From a virus (lineage: Duplodnaviria; Caudoviricetes): a stretch of 64,000 nucleotides of DNA. How positions within the stretch are numbered: the stretch's first letter is position 1; every line of letters starts with the position of its first letter. Positions 20,630 to 31,209 of the stretch are shown here, in pieces. The position numbers and the translations under genes were made by a program. The stretch spans positions 23,298 to 87,297 of the IMG/VR virus record IMGVR_UViG_3300037420_000470. One strand, 5' to 3'. Under the pieces are notes generated by a model. The model was not told where the DNA came from. It ran no database searches and was given only the letters and a program-made list of their open reading frames with translations.

Positions 20630-23600
20630 TTAATTAAGTCCTATCTTCGTTCTTTCCAAATAAGCAGCATCAACAGCAGCCTCTTTAGTACCTTCAACGA
20701 TAGTGTTAGCATTACGCTCACTTGCGTCATAATTGCTTGCGATGAGGCTAGACGTTTGCTGTGCTTGATCTGCACGTAGTTGCTTCACTTCTTCACGCAG
20801 AGATTTAATCTCGCTAACCAAAGCCACCGTGTTAGCAGTACCATAGTTGGAGTAGTTCATCTGATACTCTTTGTTCTCTTGTGCTGTCAATACAGCTTCA
20901 CCCTTATGGAGTTCAGCAATATAGCCATCAAAAGGAACGTAAGACAAACCACCAGCATGAGAGCCATCAACACTAGCTGTTGTAGGCATGCCATTCATCA
21001 CAGCTTGTAGATCAAGGATTGCTTGAGCCACCGTCTTAACGCTATCGTCAATGTCAATCAACTTACCAACTTGTTGCTTCAGAAGATCAAGTTGTTGAGT
21101 TGCATTATCTGCTTGGCTTTGAGCATTTTGCTGTACAGCAGCAGTTTCGTTCAATACCCGTTCAAAATCCTGCATGTATGTAGCACCAGAAGCGTACACA
21201 TCACGCGAGTATTTCAACAAGTCATTAGCTGCGGCCTGGAACTGACTAATTGCATCAGCATCACCAGCTTGTGCTCTCAAAGAGATATCATTGTACTTGG
21301 CTAATGCCGTAGCGTACTTCTCAGATGTAGACAACGGAGACATGTCGCCCATGATTAGAGAGTTCTTGAACTCTTTCAAAGAATCACTGAAGCCTTGCAT
21401 CTTCTCTTGCAGGTTTTGCAAAGAGTCAGCTTCTTTGCCATATGCATCTCTCAAAGCACTTCTAGCATCGTCAATGCTATCTTCCATCCCTTGAGTTGCA
21501 TCAGCAAATGCACCAGACAGCACCATTACCCTGCCAGCTAGCTCTTGACTCTGATCATTGCCAAGCATTAATTGAGCAACTAAAGATTTGAAACCATCCC
21601 TAGTTGTTGGCATTGCTACACCGAGAGCATTGAACTGTTGACGTAGTTTATACATCGCAATCGCTTGCTTCTCTGCATCACTGTAGAACTGACCCATGAA
21701 CTCATTCAAGTTAGATTGCAATTCATCCAACCCGCCAGAGCCGCGAATCATGCTGCGTGTAACATCACCACCTAAACCCATACCTTGCAAACTACTACGA
21801 ACATCGATCAGTTTCTTGTAAGCATCGATCAAGTCTTGTGCGCTACCATTCATTTCATTGATAAAGTTAGCAACTTGAGAACCAGCTTCTTTCAATACTA
21901 AACTTTGACGGATAATTTCAGTGGCAATATCACCATGTTTGTTGACGATATCATTGTAGTTGATCATCGTCACGCCAAGGTTATCAAGAGAATTCTTGGC
22001 AACTTCAACACCATTAGCTAAACGAACTAATGTCTCAAAACCACCTTCACCTATCTTTTGGAATTGAGCGAAGCCTGGAGAAATAGCTTCTGCCATTTGA
22101 TCCCCTAACTTACCAAATGCTGCTTGCAGTTCTTTTTCTAGGTCATCACCAGACAAACCTTTCAAGCTGATTGTACCGATGTCAACACCGAAGTTTTCTA
22201 GTTTAGATTTCAGTTCTGCAGAACCTAATCCAAGAGCATCGGCAGCAGCCATAGCACCATCTGCAATATTTGTAACTGTAAGGGCTATCTGACGCTTCAA
22301 TCCATCATTCAATTCAGACAGAATACGTTCATCAGAAGAACTCTTGGACAATCCCCAAAAGCTGCTCTTCTCTTTGTGAATGTCTTGATATCCATGCACA
22401 CCAACACCCATGTCACGAATAGACGCGATAGTTTGCCCATTATCAAACACCAAACCTGAATCACGAAGTTCTGTAGAAGACGAACTAAACCCAAGGAAAC
22501 TCTTTGAGCTACCAACACCAGCAGCCAACTCATCAGCTTTAGTGCCACGCAAACCTGATGTTTGAGCTACATAAGCAGCCATTCCAGTGATACCATCGTT
22601 AATACTACGCAACACCATCAACATTCTGCTAGAATATTCTAGACCCATGTTGTAGCTATCTTTCAAGCCATCTAAAGCTTTAGACAAAGATTCTGACTTA
22701 GAAGATTCATTTCCAAGAACAGTGCCAGTGCCTTGTACCTTTTGACGCTCTTCGTGAATAGGAACAGACGTACCACTACCACCACCAGAATGAACACCCA
22801 TAGATGCCATGAAAGCTATGATTGCAGCAGCACCAACGAAGCCCCAAACACCTAATTGCTCAAAAGCCTTAGCTACACCAGCCATCACAGAAGCACCTGC
22901 TTTTGTCATGGAGTTGCCAACTTGTACACCTGTAGTTGTAGTGTCAATGGTAGCATTCTTAACGGACGCAGCACCCTCTAAGTTTTTAGCTTGTGCAGCA
23001 ACCGTAGATGCATTCACTTTCGCTTGCATCTCTTGGTAAGTCAGTACAATCTGAGCTAAACGCAAACCAGTTTCAAAAGCATCAAACACCTTATAAGCAA
23101 CCGTCTTCTCTTTGAAGAAACCTTTAGCAGCAGATGCCATGTCAGCATACATATCTACTTCATTCTTCAACGTCGCAGCACTTAATGCAGCTTCACGAGC
23201 AGTACGCTCTTTGGAGTCCATCTTGGTTGCTTTTTCCATCTCCTTACGTGCCTTGTCGATGGATTTCTGCTTTCTACCAAACTGATCCATGCTCTTAGCA
23301 GCTTTATCAATTGCTTGACCAATACCACCAAAAGCCTTCGACATACCATCACCAAACTCAACCAGTTTACCAGGGTCAAGAGCTTTATCAAAAGCATCAC
23401 GAGCCTTATCAGTTTGCTCTAGACCACCAAGGTTTTTCTTGGCTTCGACATACCGCTTGTACTGAACAATCAACTCATCCAACTTCTTAACTTGTTCGCT
23501 CATGAAGTCTAGTTGAGCAAGCCCATCCCGTTGTTCGATTAGTTGTTGCAACTGAAGTTCTTCTGCAGCACCTTTCAACTGACCATAAGCAGCAACCTTT

Positions 23601-26260
23601 GCTTCCATTGCATCAGCCTCTTCTTTCATTTTGCTGATACGGGTTTCCATCTTACGGTTGTTGTCTTGCTCTGCTTCTATACCTTGCTTAATGCGGTTGT
23701 TATATTCTTCAATGGCTTTCAGTTCTCTTGCTTTGACAACTTCCAACAACAGATGCTTTTCCAAGGCAGCATCAGTAGCTTTCGCTTCACCATTCTTACG
23801 ACGCTCTTGAATTTGAGCTAATTCATATTCAATGGCAATTTCTTCACGCGCACCTTTAGTTAGCTTGTCGTAATTAGGTCCATACTCCCTCATACTCATT
23901 TGAAGCTGTTTTTGTTCTGTAATAGCAGTGCTTAAGTCTTCCATCTTACTTACGTAAGCATCCAACTCTTTCTTAGCTTCAGAGATTCCATGCTTGTCAA
24001 CCTTCATAGCGAAAGGATCATCACCAGTTTCTCTTGGTTTACCTTTCGCTTGATCGGCAGCAATCTTTGCTTGTTCTTTTGCTAATGCAGTTACTTCTTG
24101 TTGCTGCTGGATAGTAGTAGCATACTTCTCCTTAACACCAGCAAGAACTTTATCACGCTCTTTCTCTGCTGCTAAGACTTGGTTGACCCTAGTGTTAAGC
24201 ACACCCGCAATTTGATCCAACCCCTGAGCCTTAGCTTGCTCATATGCACGTTGTTGTGCAGGGGTTAGAGAATTCCTTAAGTCATCAACCTTCTTAGTAG
24301 CAGCATCAACAGCAGATTGCCCTTGCGAGAACACCATCGCTAGTTGCCTTTGCCGTAATGCTTCTGTTTCAGCTTCAGCAGCAGTTTTGCCCTGCTTCAT
24401 CAAGTCAATCTGAGTACGCAGACGCTTTGCCTCTTCATCTAGCTTACCATTGAAATCATCAATGTAATTGGTAGCAGATTTGGTAGTATCATTAGCATCA
24501 TCTTTAGCTAGTTTGTATTTGACAAATGCAGCACCAGCAATGGCGAGTGCAATACCAACAACACCAAGAGATACTTGAAAGGCTATAGCTGCTGCTCTAG
24601 ATGCTAACATAGCGTTTCTAAGAATTAAGAATGCTTCAGCAGCACCAGTAACCAACCCAACAACGAACGATACTGCTTTAAAGCCAAGGAACAACTCAAT
24701 AGTAGTCTTAATCAAGCCAATGTTATTAGCCAACCCTAAACCAAAATTAGCTAAAGCAACTGCAATATTCTCAATTCCTTTTTGGAACTCAGGAGAGTTA
24801 AAAACTGCTTTGAGTTGAGTTGCTATTAACGAGATTTGAGGTTGAATGTTTTGGAATGCACCTAGAAATTGTGTTTCAAGAGTATTCTTGACAGACTTAA
24901 GTTGTCCCTCAATAGTTAAAGCCATTGCTGCAGCACCAGTAGCTGTAAAACCCCAGGATTCGTCAATCTTCTTTGCGTATGCTTCCCAAGCATTGCCACC
25001 ATCTTCTGTCTTCTTACGAATTAGGTCAAGACCCTCAACCATCACCTTAGCACCACGCTCATTTGACAACATAGAGATGGCTAATTTTTGGTTCTTCTCG
25101 CTAAGGGTATCTAAGTGAGATGATAGAATTTGGAATACATCAGTCAGAGATTTAAAGTTGCCCTGCTTGTCTTTTAGATCGTCAATTGATAGACCAATTT
25201 GTTTCAAGGCAAGAGTAACTTTATCGCTTCCACTTGCTAATTGCGAATAAAAGTTTTTCAACGCAGTACCAGCAGCAGAACCTTTAATACCAAGGTTAGA
25301 CAGTGCAGCGAATGCCGTACCAATGTCAACAATAGTAGCACCGTACAGCTTACCAACTACTGAACCAGCCTTGAACGATTCAGATACACTCTCAACCGAC
25401 GACATAGAAGCAGCAGCAGTCATCGCAATTACATCTGCTATACGCCCATATGCTGCTGCATCATAGTTCAAGGCTGTACCAACCTGCACAAGTGTTTCAG
25501 CAGCTTTCTCAATTGTCGTTCCACCAACCGTAGCTAAGTTGAGGGCATCTTTAATAGCAGCCATAGCTTGATTTGCATTCAAGCCAGCTAACACCAATAC
25601 TTCAAATGCTTTAGCTACTTCTCTAGGTCCATAAACACCCTTACCTAACTCCATGATGGAGTCACGCATTGCATTAATGGATTCTACAGTTTCAATACCA
25701 CGTACACGAATACCTTCAAGTGTGTGCTCTACATCAGCACCTACAGAAACAATACCTTTAAAAGCTGTACCAATAGCAGCACCAACTGCTAGAGGAACCA
25801 TATTACCGTAGGTCATCCACAACACACCTAAGCTGCCTGTCAAGCCACGAGCCATTGCATGAGCATCTTTCATGGCGTTGGTGTTAGTTCTGATGGCTTG
25901 GGTATTGTTGTTGATTCTACTATTACTGTTTGAGAAGGAATTAGCCATCTTCTCAATGTCAGTTGCCATCTTAGATGTAACACCAAGCAACTGTGCCATA
26001 ACGGTTTGCAGTGCAGATGTGTTTCCACTTGTTACACCACTTGCATTAGACACATTACGCAAGGCATTCACTAGATTATTAGCAGATGCAGTAGCAGAGT
26101 TAGAGCTACCGATTAATTTATTAATAGAGTCAGTAAGTTTTGTTACTCGTTTTTCTGCATTGTTTGCAGATGTGCTAAGGCCGCTAAGAGCCGTAGAAGC
26201 ATCTTTTATACCATCAGATACAACTTTAATCTGTAGGGTAGAAACATCAACACCTGCCAT
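20630..26260 (-). CDS. tail tape measure protein
   Basis: 1876 aa Ala-rich helical; TP901-type core; C-terminal GSHAGGL..VPFDGYIAELHKGE. Confidence 0.92.
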   Translation of the reverse strand: MAGVDVSTLQIKVVSDGIKDASTALSGLSTSANNAEKRVTKLTDSINKLIGSSNSATASANNLVNALRNVSNASGVTSGNTSALQTVMAQLLGVTSKMATDIEKMANSFSNSNSRINNNTQAIRTNTNAMKDAHAMARGLTGSLGVLWMTYGNMVPLAVGAAIGTAFKGIVSVGADVEHTLEGIRVRGIETVESINAMRDSIMELGKGVYGPREVAKAFEVLVLAGLNANQAMAAIKDALNLATVGGTTIEKAAETLVQVGTALNYDAAAYGRIADVIAMTAAASMSSVESVSESFKAGSVVGKLYGATIVDIGTAFAALSNLGIKGSAAGTALKNFYSQLASGSDKVTLALKQIGLSIDDLKDKQGNFKSLTDVFQILSSHLDTLSEKNQKLAISMLSNERGAKVMVEGLDLIRKKTEDGGNAWEAYAKKIDESWGFTATGAAAMALTIEGQLKSVKNTLETQFLGAFQNIQPQISLIATQLKAVFNSPEFQKGIENIAVALANFGLGLANNIGLIKTTIELFLGFKAVSFVVGLVTGAAEAFLILRNAMLASRAAAIAFQVSLGVVGIALAIAGAAFVKYKLAKDDANDTTKSATNYIDDFNGKLDEEAKRLRTQIDLMKQGKTAAEAETEALRQRQLAMVFSQGQSAVDAATKKVDDLRNSLTPAQQRAYEQAKAQGLDQIAGVLNTRVNQVLAAEKERDKVLAGVKEKYATTIQQQQEVTALAKEQAKIAADQAKGKPRETGDDPFAMKVDKHGISEAKKELDAYVSKMEDLSTAITEQKQLQMSMREYGPNYDKLTKGAREEIAIEYELAQIQERRKNGEAKATDAALEKHLLLEVVKARELKAIEEYNNRIKQGIEAEQDNNRKMETRISKMKEEADAMEAKVAAYGQLKGAAEELQLQQLIEQRDGLAQLDFMSEQVKKLDELIVQYKRYVEAKKNLGGLEQTDKARDAFDKALDPGKLVEFGDGMSKAFGGIGQAIDKAAKSMDQFGRKQKSIDKARKEMEKATKMDSKERTAREAALSAATLKNEVDMYADMASAAKGFFKEKTVAYKVFDAFETGLRLAQIVLTYQEMQAKVNASTVAAQAKNLEGAASVKNATIDTTTTGVQVGNSMTKAGASVMAGVAKAFEQLGVWGFVGAAAIIAFMASMGVHSGGGSGTSVPIHEERQKVQGTGTVLGNESSKSESLSKALDGLKDSYNMGLEYSSRMLMVLRSINDGITGMAAYVAQTSGLRGTKADELAAGVGSSKSFLGFSSSSTELRDSGLVFDNGQTIASIRDMGVGVHGYQDIHKEKSSFWGLSKSSSDERILSELNDGLKRQIALTVTNIADGAMAAADALGLGSAELKSKLENFGVDIGTISLKGLSGDDLEKELQAAFGKLGDQMAEAISPGFAQFQKIGEGGFETLVRLANGVEVAKNSLDNLGVTMINYNDIVNKHGDIATEIIRQSLVLKEAGSQVANFINEMNGSAQDLIDAYKKLIDVRSSLQGMGLGGDVTRSMIRGSGGLDELQSNLNEFMGQFYSDAEKQAIAMYKLRQQFNALGVAMPTTRDGFKSLVAQLMLGNDQSQELAGRVMVLSGAFADATQGMEDSIDDARSALRDAYGKEADSLQNLQEKMQGFSDSLKEFKNSLIMGDMSPLSTSEKYATALAKYNDISLRAQAGDADAISQFQAAANDLLKYSRDVYASGATYMQDFERVLNETAAVQQNAQSQADNATQQLDLLKQQVGKLIDIDDSVKTVAQAILDLQAVMNGMPTTASVDGSHAGGLSYVPFDGYIAELHKGEAVLTAQENKEYQMNYSNYGTANTVALVSEIKSLREEVKQLRADQAQQTSSLIASNYDASERNANTIVEGTKEAAVDAAYLERTKIGLN

Positions 26261-26277
26261 ATTCAGTCCTTATTTTC

Positions 26278-26706
26278 TCATTCGTCTTTAGGTTCCTTCT
26301 TCCTCTTCATTGAACGGAACACAGATTTCAGTTTGTTAGCTACAGCTTCACGATCAATCGTTTCTTCCACATACGTATATGGAGCAGGACGATCTTTTGC
26401 TGACGCTTGATTGTATTCTCCTACATAGGCTTCACTCATCTCTTTAATCATGAGTTTTTCCCAAGTAGATAATTCTAGTCCAGTGACTTCAAGCCAGCTT
26501 TCAATCTCTTGCCAAGGGAGAGGGAATATTCCCATCCCTGTAGCAGAACATAAACCGGCCTCATGTAGCAGAGATACTAAGTATTCTGCACCTTCAATTT
26601 TGGGGAGTTTTAGAAATGATGAGTTCTCGTCTAAAGCCTTGTAAGATTTTAGACGAGACACTTTAGAACCTTCAGGAGTGGCATGCAGCCATCCTAAGTG
26701 ACGCAT
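26278..26706 (-). CDS. tail assembly chaperone, T segment (reached by -1 frameshift)
   Basis: open in the -1 frame from the slippery site; lies before the tape measure. Confidence 0.7.
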   Translation of the reverse strand: MRHLGWLHATPEGSKVSRLKSYKALDENSSFLKLPKIEGAEYLVSLLHEAGLCSATGMGIFPLPWQEIESWLEVTGLELSTWEKLMIKEMSEAYVGEYNQASAKDRPAPYTYVEETIDREAVANKLKSVFRSMKRKKEPKDE

Positions 26707-26726
26707 ATGGAGAAATAGAGACTCCT

Positions 26727-27125
26727 TTATGCCTTCAAAAAATTAGAAGTGTCTCCTAATCCTTGATCAACTTGGTCTTTCAGCCAACCAAATGCGGGGT
26801 CACTGTATAGTTCACGGAAGGAAGCATCGTTATCAACTGGCTTACCTTTGTAGGAGAGATTGATAGCTTTCTCACTGCAAGCAACAAGCAGGTCAATACC
26901 CTCTTCACGCATCACTTCTGCACTCACTTGTTTCTTGCCACGTTTAAGCTGGCGGTTTTGCATAGCCGTAACAGCGTTACGGTATTGTGCTGAACTCGTG
27001 CCATACAACACGATAGCAACCTGCTCTTTCTTTTCTTCGTCAGCGAACAAGAGTTCATCAGTGACAGGATGGCGCAGTTGCAGTTCAACAGTGTCCTTCA
27101 GGGACAGGGAATCGAGATTAAACAT
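26727..27125 (-). CDS. tail assembly chaperone G
   Basis: 132 aa between tail tube and tape measure. Confidence 0.75.
   Translation of the reverse strand: MFNLDSLSLKDTVELQLRHPVTDELLFADEEKKEQVAIVLYGTSSAQYRNAVTAMQNRQLKRGKKQVSAEVMREEGIDLLVACSEKAINLSYKGKPVDNDASFRELYSDPAFGWLKDQVDQGLGDTSNFLKA
26736..26742 (-). promoter_or_regulatory. programmed -1 frameshift site T TTT TTG
   Basis: AAT TTT TTG three codons before the G stop; -1 frame has no stop before the T ORF; GGAG...CTCC hairpin downstream. Confidence 0.7.
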
Positions 27126-27187
27126 AATTTTGTTACCTTTCTGGTAGATTAAATAGTTGCTCTCTTTGGAGCATTAAATAATTAAAT

Positions 27188-27214
27188 ATAAGGCGACTCA
27201 AAGAGCCACCTTAT
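27188..27214 (-). terminator. hairpin after the tail tube gene
   Basis: AAGGTGGCTC-TTT-GAGTCGCCTT. Confidence 0.5.
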
Positions 27215-27216
27215 AA

Positions 27217-27234
27217 TTTCTCATTAATGAGAAA
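27217..27234. promoter_or_regulatory. 18-bp palindrome TTTCTCATTAATGAGAAA (copy 2)
   Basis: perfect palindrome between the tail tube stop and the hairpin. Confidence 0.65.
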
Positions 27235-27242
27235 ACTAGTTA

Positions 27243-27686
27243 TTAAATTTCAACGATGTCCGAATCCACTTCAATCGTAGTGGTAGCACCAGTGATTTGA
27301 TCAACAGAGCCAACCGAAGTCTTATAGCTCATTACTTTGCCAGTGAAGTAGTTCTTCGTACCGTCTTGCAGAGTAACCTTGAACGAGAACGAAGCATCCG
27401 AATCCAATGCATTGATCAGAGCAGTTTGACCAGTGTTGTCAGTGTCACGGCCCATTTGCAGTTGCAGAGAACCGTTGTTATAAGAACCTTTGAACTTCTT
27501 AACTTGACGTTGACCAAGTGCGGTATGATTCACTACCGAATACTCAGTACCGAATTCACCCAAGTCAGTGATTTCACCAACTTCAACGTATGTCAGACCA
27601 ACAGCTTCAAAGCCAGCTTGATCGTAAGTAGTAGGTACGCCGGTAGCGATGTACAGTTTAGAACCGGCAGATGTCATAACAGCCAT
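27243..27686 (-). CDS. major tail (tube) protein
   Basis: 147 aa; GEITDLGEFG...VKKFKGSYNNG siphovirus tube motif. Confidence 0.85.
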   Translation of the reverse strand: MAVMTSAGSKLYIATGVPTTYDQAGFEAVGLTYVEVGEITDLGEFGTEYSVVNHTALGQRQVKKFKGSYNNGSLQLQMGRDTDNTGQTALINALDSDASFSFKVTLQDGTKNYFTGKVMSYKTSVGSVDQITGATTTIEVDSDIVEI

Positions 27687-27714
27687 GTGTATTTCCTTTA
27701 ATTAAAGTTTATAA

Positions 27715-28131
27715 TTACGATACTCTCTCGTATCGATATTTAATTGTTACAGGTACAACAACCCACCCTGATTCATCAAGTAATGATGGTTCAGCAGTTG
27801 GAGTGCCTTCGATAGATACATCACCTGTTTTTGGGAGCATGGGGAAGATATCAATTACAGACTGAGCAAGTGTCTCTGCAGCCTTCATACCTTTTCCTTG
27901 TTGCACCCAACAGTTGACTTGAAAAATTCCATACAACGTACTACGCTGACCACTTAATTCAATGTTCATTGTTACGTTGGGAATAAGAAAACATTCTAAA
28001 AATACGCTTCCAGATGTTGTAGGCTTTGTGAAAGGTACGTTCTGAAATGCAATTGGTATTTTTGGTGATTGAGCATCAGCCCAAGTTTTAAGCCGTGTTT
28101 CCAATTCGGCTCTGATTATTGAATTACTCAT
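27715..28131 (-). CDS. tail terminator (DUF4128-like)
   Basis: IAFQNVPFTKP...GIFQVNC...VPVTIKYR. Confidence 0.7.
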   Translation of the reverse strand: MSNSIIRAELETRLKTWADAQSPKIPIAFQNVPFTKPTTSGSVFLECFLIPNVTMNIELSGQRSTLYGIFQVNCWVQQGKGMKAAETLAQSVIDIFPMLPKTGDVSIEGTPTAEPSLLDESGWVVVPVTIKYRYERVS

Positions 28132-28541
28132 CTGTATTTAGCCGCCACTGCTTGAAGTGAAAGTGCTACCATTCGATAAGGTGGTGTACCCTTCCATTGT
28201 GGTGGATTCCAGCCAGTTACTTCCGCAAGATACGAATACGGTATGTTGTTAGATAGTGTGTAGGAAATCTCACTTTTAAAATTAGAATTCCCAACCTTAA
28301 CAACTGAATTAATACGGGCAAGACTCCCACCACCAGCCTTATCTGCACTGCTCGTAGTATTTGAAGAAAAGCTAGAACCAACTTCAGGAAACCAATTATT
28401 GATCAACAGCCCTTTATCAATTGGTGTGGTCTTTACGATTGCTACAAACAATTCATGAGCTATAATTTGGATACGATGCTCTGCCTTCTCTAACAACTTC
28501 TGACTATTCTTAGCAACCGATGCACCAAAACCCGTAGCCAT
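28128..28541 (-). CDS. neck / tail completion protein (HK97 gp10-like)
   Basis: TPIDKG.L..NW and NNIPY motifs. Confidence 0.65.
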   Translation of the reverse strand: MATGFGASVAKNSQKLLEKAEHRIQIIAHELFVAIVKTTPIDKGLLINNWFPEVGSSFSSNTTSSADKAGGGSLARINSVVKVGNSNFKSEISYTLSNNIPYSYLAEVTGWNPPQWKGTPPYRMVALSLQAVAAKYR

Positions 28542-28981
28542 TATCGCCTCAAGTAAAATTCGTAGAGAATCGCACCTGTGCCTGTTGGATCAAGTGCCTT
28601 GACATTGAAAATCTTATAATCAACAGCACCAACTTTCACTCTGTCTGCTGCAACATTCTCTGTGTACAATCCAGCAGGAGTAGTGGTTTCAAGCATGTCA
28701 GCAGAAGGAACAAGATAAAGAACCTTATCCCCTTCTTGTATCATTGTTCCGCTTTGAACACCCATGCCGTTCTGCTTCAGTTGTAAATCCATCAGAATAC
28801 CTTTAACGGAGAACTGATTTACGTCAGCAGTGAAAGTACCTGTAGTTGGATCATATGTACCCATAGACGTATCTGAAGCATCGTAAGGGTTGTTCCCTTT
28901 TTGGTGATAGTAGGTAACGGTGTCTCCGAAATCTGCTATCATTTCAGCTATAGCTTTTTGAAAATCTGAGAGGTCAGCCAT
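28541..28981 (-). CDS. head closure protein
   Basis: position; IQEGDK motif. Confidence 0.55.
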   Translation of the reverse strand: MADLSDFQKAIAEMIADFGDTVTYYHQKGNNPYDASDTSMGTYDPTTGTFTADVNQFSVKGILMDLQLKQNGMGVQSGTMIQEGDKVLYLVPSADMLETTTPAGLYTENVAADRVKVGAVDYKIFNVKALDPTGTGAILYEFYLRR

Positions 28982-28989
28982 AGAACCTC

Positions 28990-29373
28990 TTAAAATTCAA
29001 ATGTTGTACAAGAGTATTCTTCGTTCCACTCATCCATGAATGCAATCAATGGATGATCTTCTGTAGTATTCACGTAGGGAACCGGAGATACAGACATAAG
29101 ATGTGGATTGAGAATTGTTAGCTTAATGAATTGTACGTAGTTATCAAATTGTTCATTTGACCACGTTTCAATCTGTGCTAATTTCCTATGCGTCTTAGCT
29201 GTCAAAGTAGCTAAGATGTATTGAGCGCATAGTGCTGCTGCTCTTGGAACATTATCACTGCAATCTTCAAGAGCAGAGTTAATTACAGAGTCAGGCAGGA
29301 TTGGCAAGTCACTCCAATCACCTATACGAAGCCTAATCTTGCCAATTGATGTTGTTGGGTCTATTACTGTCAT
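28990..29373 (-). CDS. head-tail adaptor
   Basis: KIRLRIGD...ILPDSVI; position. Confidence 0.6.
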   Translation of the reverse strand: MTVIDPTTSIGKIRLRIGDWSDLPILPDSVINSALEDCSDNVPRAAALCAQYILATLTAKTHRKLAQIETWSNEQFDNYVQFIKLTILNPHLMSVSPVPYVNTTEDHPLIAFMDEWNEEYSCTTFEF

Positions 29374-29467
29374 AGGTTCCTTTAAGTTTCATTTAATGGT
29401 GAGAGATTGCTCAGGCGGGCTGGTGATTTCGGTCTGCTTATCCGTTGATGCTTGACGATCAGCGCGG

Positions 29468-31021
29468 TCAAGCAACAGCGACTTCGTACATCATTTTCTT
29501 GACGCGATAGGTCAGCTTCCCGGTTGTGGCCTTCATCTTCACATTCCAGTACGGCGTGACCGAAGTAAGCGTTCCCGCGTAGACGGTAGTATTTGCCACC
29601 AATGGCGGCGAGCGGAATGTGAGTACATCACCATTAAGGAAATCCGGGTCAGGCTCTGCAGAGGTTGGGTTCAAATAGGCTAAAAACGGATTCCCCGTAG
29701 CTCCGATCAAGCGCAAAAACGGGATGATCATCCTCATGTTTTCCGCACCACTGACCAACTCGAACTGCATCACGGAACTGAACAGAGTATTAGCACCATT
29801 GGTCTGTGTGGAGGTAGCAATCGATACGTACTGGAATTCCTGATTTGCTACTGCGGCGAGCGGTGTAATGGATAGCAGTGCGCCGGGGGTTTCCGCAACG
29901 GCGGTATAGTTTGCAAGTGTGGTGCCCGTGATCGATAAGCCAGTCGGCACCGTGCCGGTTACATTTATTCCGCTCGCTGCCGCCGATCCCAGTAAAAATT
30001 TATTCGCGCTGACCTGCGCAAGTGTCGAATAGAAACTATTTGCGATCCGGTTGATTGTCGCTGCCAGTCGGCGCGCATTGAGGACTGCGCCCTTGAAGTT
30101 GGGATGCGGTCCAGCGTCGGTATAGATCGGCGCAGCCGTCGTTCCGAGCGGCATTCCTGGAAGGCTCTGATTTTCATACGCATCCTGGCGCGTGACAAAA
30201 ATATTCACGCTATCATCCAGGCTCAGCACAAAATCACGGATTGCAATGTAGTTGGCAATGTAATTCCCCGTGCCGTTTCCGCCGTTCTGATTGGTGTAGC
30301 CGAATGAGGGGTGCGGCGTCCCGATCAGGATCTTCACGCCCGGCCACGTCGTCTGCAATTTGTCGATCAGCGTCAGCAGATCGCCTTTCATAGTCGAGAC
30401 AGAATGGCCTTGCGTGATCGAGTTCTCAAGGAGGGCGTGCATGAACACGAGTTTTGGAGTAACGCCGGCCGTAGCGAGGCGGCTTAGGAAGTTGGTTCCG
30501 CCGAGGTTAATATTGCCAGCGCCGAATACATCGGTGTTTATGTCTGTCAGTGTTTTCCCGGATGCGCCAAACACACCATAGTTATCGACGGTCTGCGTCG
30601 TCTGCGCGGGGCTTTGGTAGTTGGCATACGTGAAGGTCAGCGGCGCGTCCTTTGCAAAGGTATTCGCCCAATGCATTTCAGAGTTGGTAGCCCACCTGCT
30701 GCCTGCCGCGCCCGTAAAGTCGCTCACACGACACTGCGCGGCAATGGAGTTGCCAATGCAGATTGTGGTAAGCAGAGGCATGCTGACACCTGCAGCGATG
30801 GGCGTGATAGCGCCATCCGGCCCAACCAACCCCGTGACATTGCCGGCTGCATCCTTAGCATATTTAGGAACATTTGCTAATGCCAACCTGCCATTATCAT
30901 CAACAGGAATATTATCCCCAACTAGATAAGATGTTACATTATCTGTACCAGAACCAACAGCGGTAACAATTTCACTATTCTCGTTGAGTCCCCAAACACT
31001 TGTCACTTTCTTGTTTGTCAT
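29468..31021 (-). CDS. virion-associated SGNH/GDSL-like esterase (head fibre candidate)
   Basis: IGNSIA nucleophile block and DAGPHP (Asp...His); lies right after the major capsid gene. Confidence 0.6.
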   Translation of the reverse strand: MTNKKVTSVWGLNENSEIVTAVGSGTDNVTSYLVGDNIPVDDNGRLALANVPKYAKDAAGNVTGLVGPDGAITPIAAGVSMPLLTTICIGNSIAAQCRVSDFTGAAGSRWATNSEMHWANTFAKDAPLTFTYANYQSPAQTTQTVDNYGVFGASGKTLTDINTDVFGAGNINLGGTNFLSRLATAGVTPKLVFMHALLENSITQGHSVSTMKGDLLTLIDKLQTTWPGVKILIGTPHPSFGYTNQNGGNGTGNYIANYIAIRDFVLSLDDSVNIFVTRQDAYENQSLPGMPLGTTAAPIYTDAGPHPNFKGAVLNARRLAATINRIANSFYSTLAQVSANKFLLGSAAASGINVTGTVPTGLSITGTTLANYTAVAETPGALLSITPLAAVANQEFQYVSIATSTQTNGANTLFSSVMQFELVSGAENMRMIIPFLRLIGATGNPFLAYLNPTSAEPDPDFLNGDVLTFRSPPLVANTTVYAGTLTSVTPYWNVKMKATTGKLTYRVKKMMYEVAVA

Positions 31022-31209
31022 TTAGTTCCTTAATATTATTTGTTGTATGTTGTCCACCAGTACTTGCGCTGCAAGATAAGTTTTAGTGTCAAATCCAAGA
31101 TGTCACTACAACGTGAGCGCAATTTACCTATGCTAATGGTTGGATCAATTACTATCATCAATTTCTTCCATGTTCTTTCTACATCCTAACCTAAGATGTA
31201 GAAAGAACA

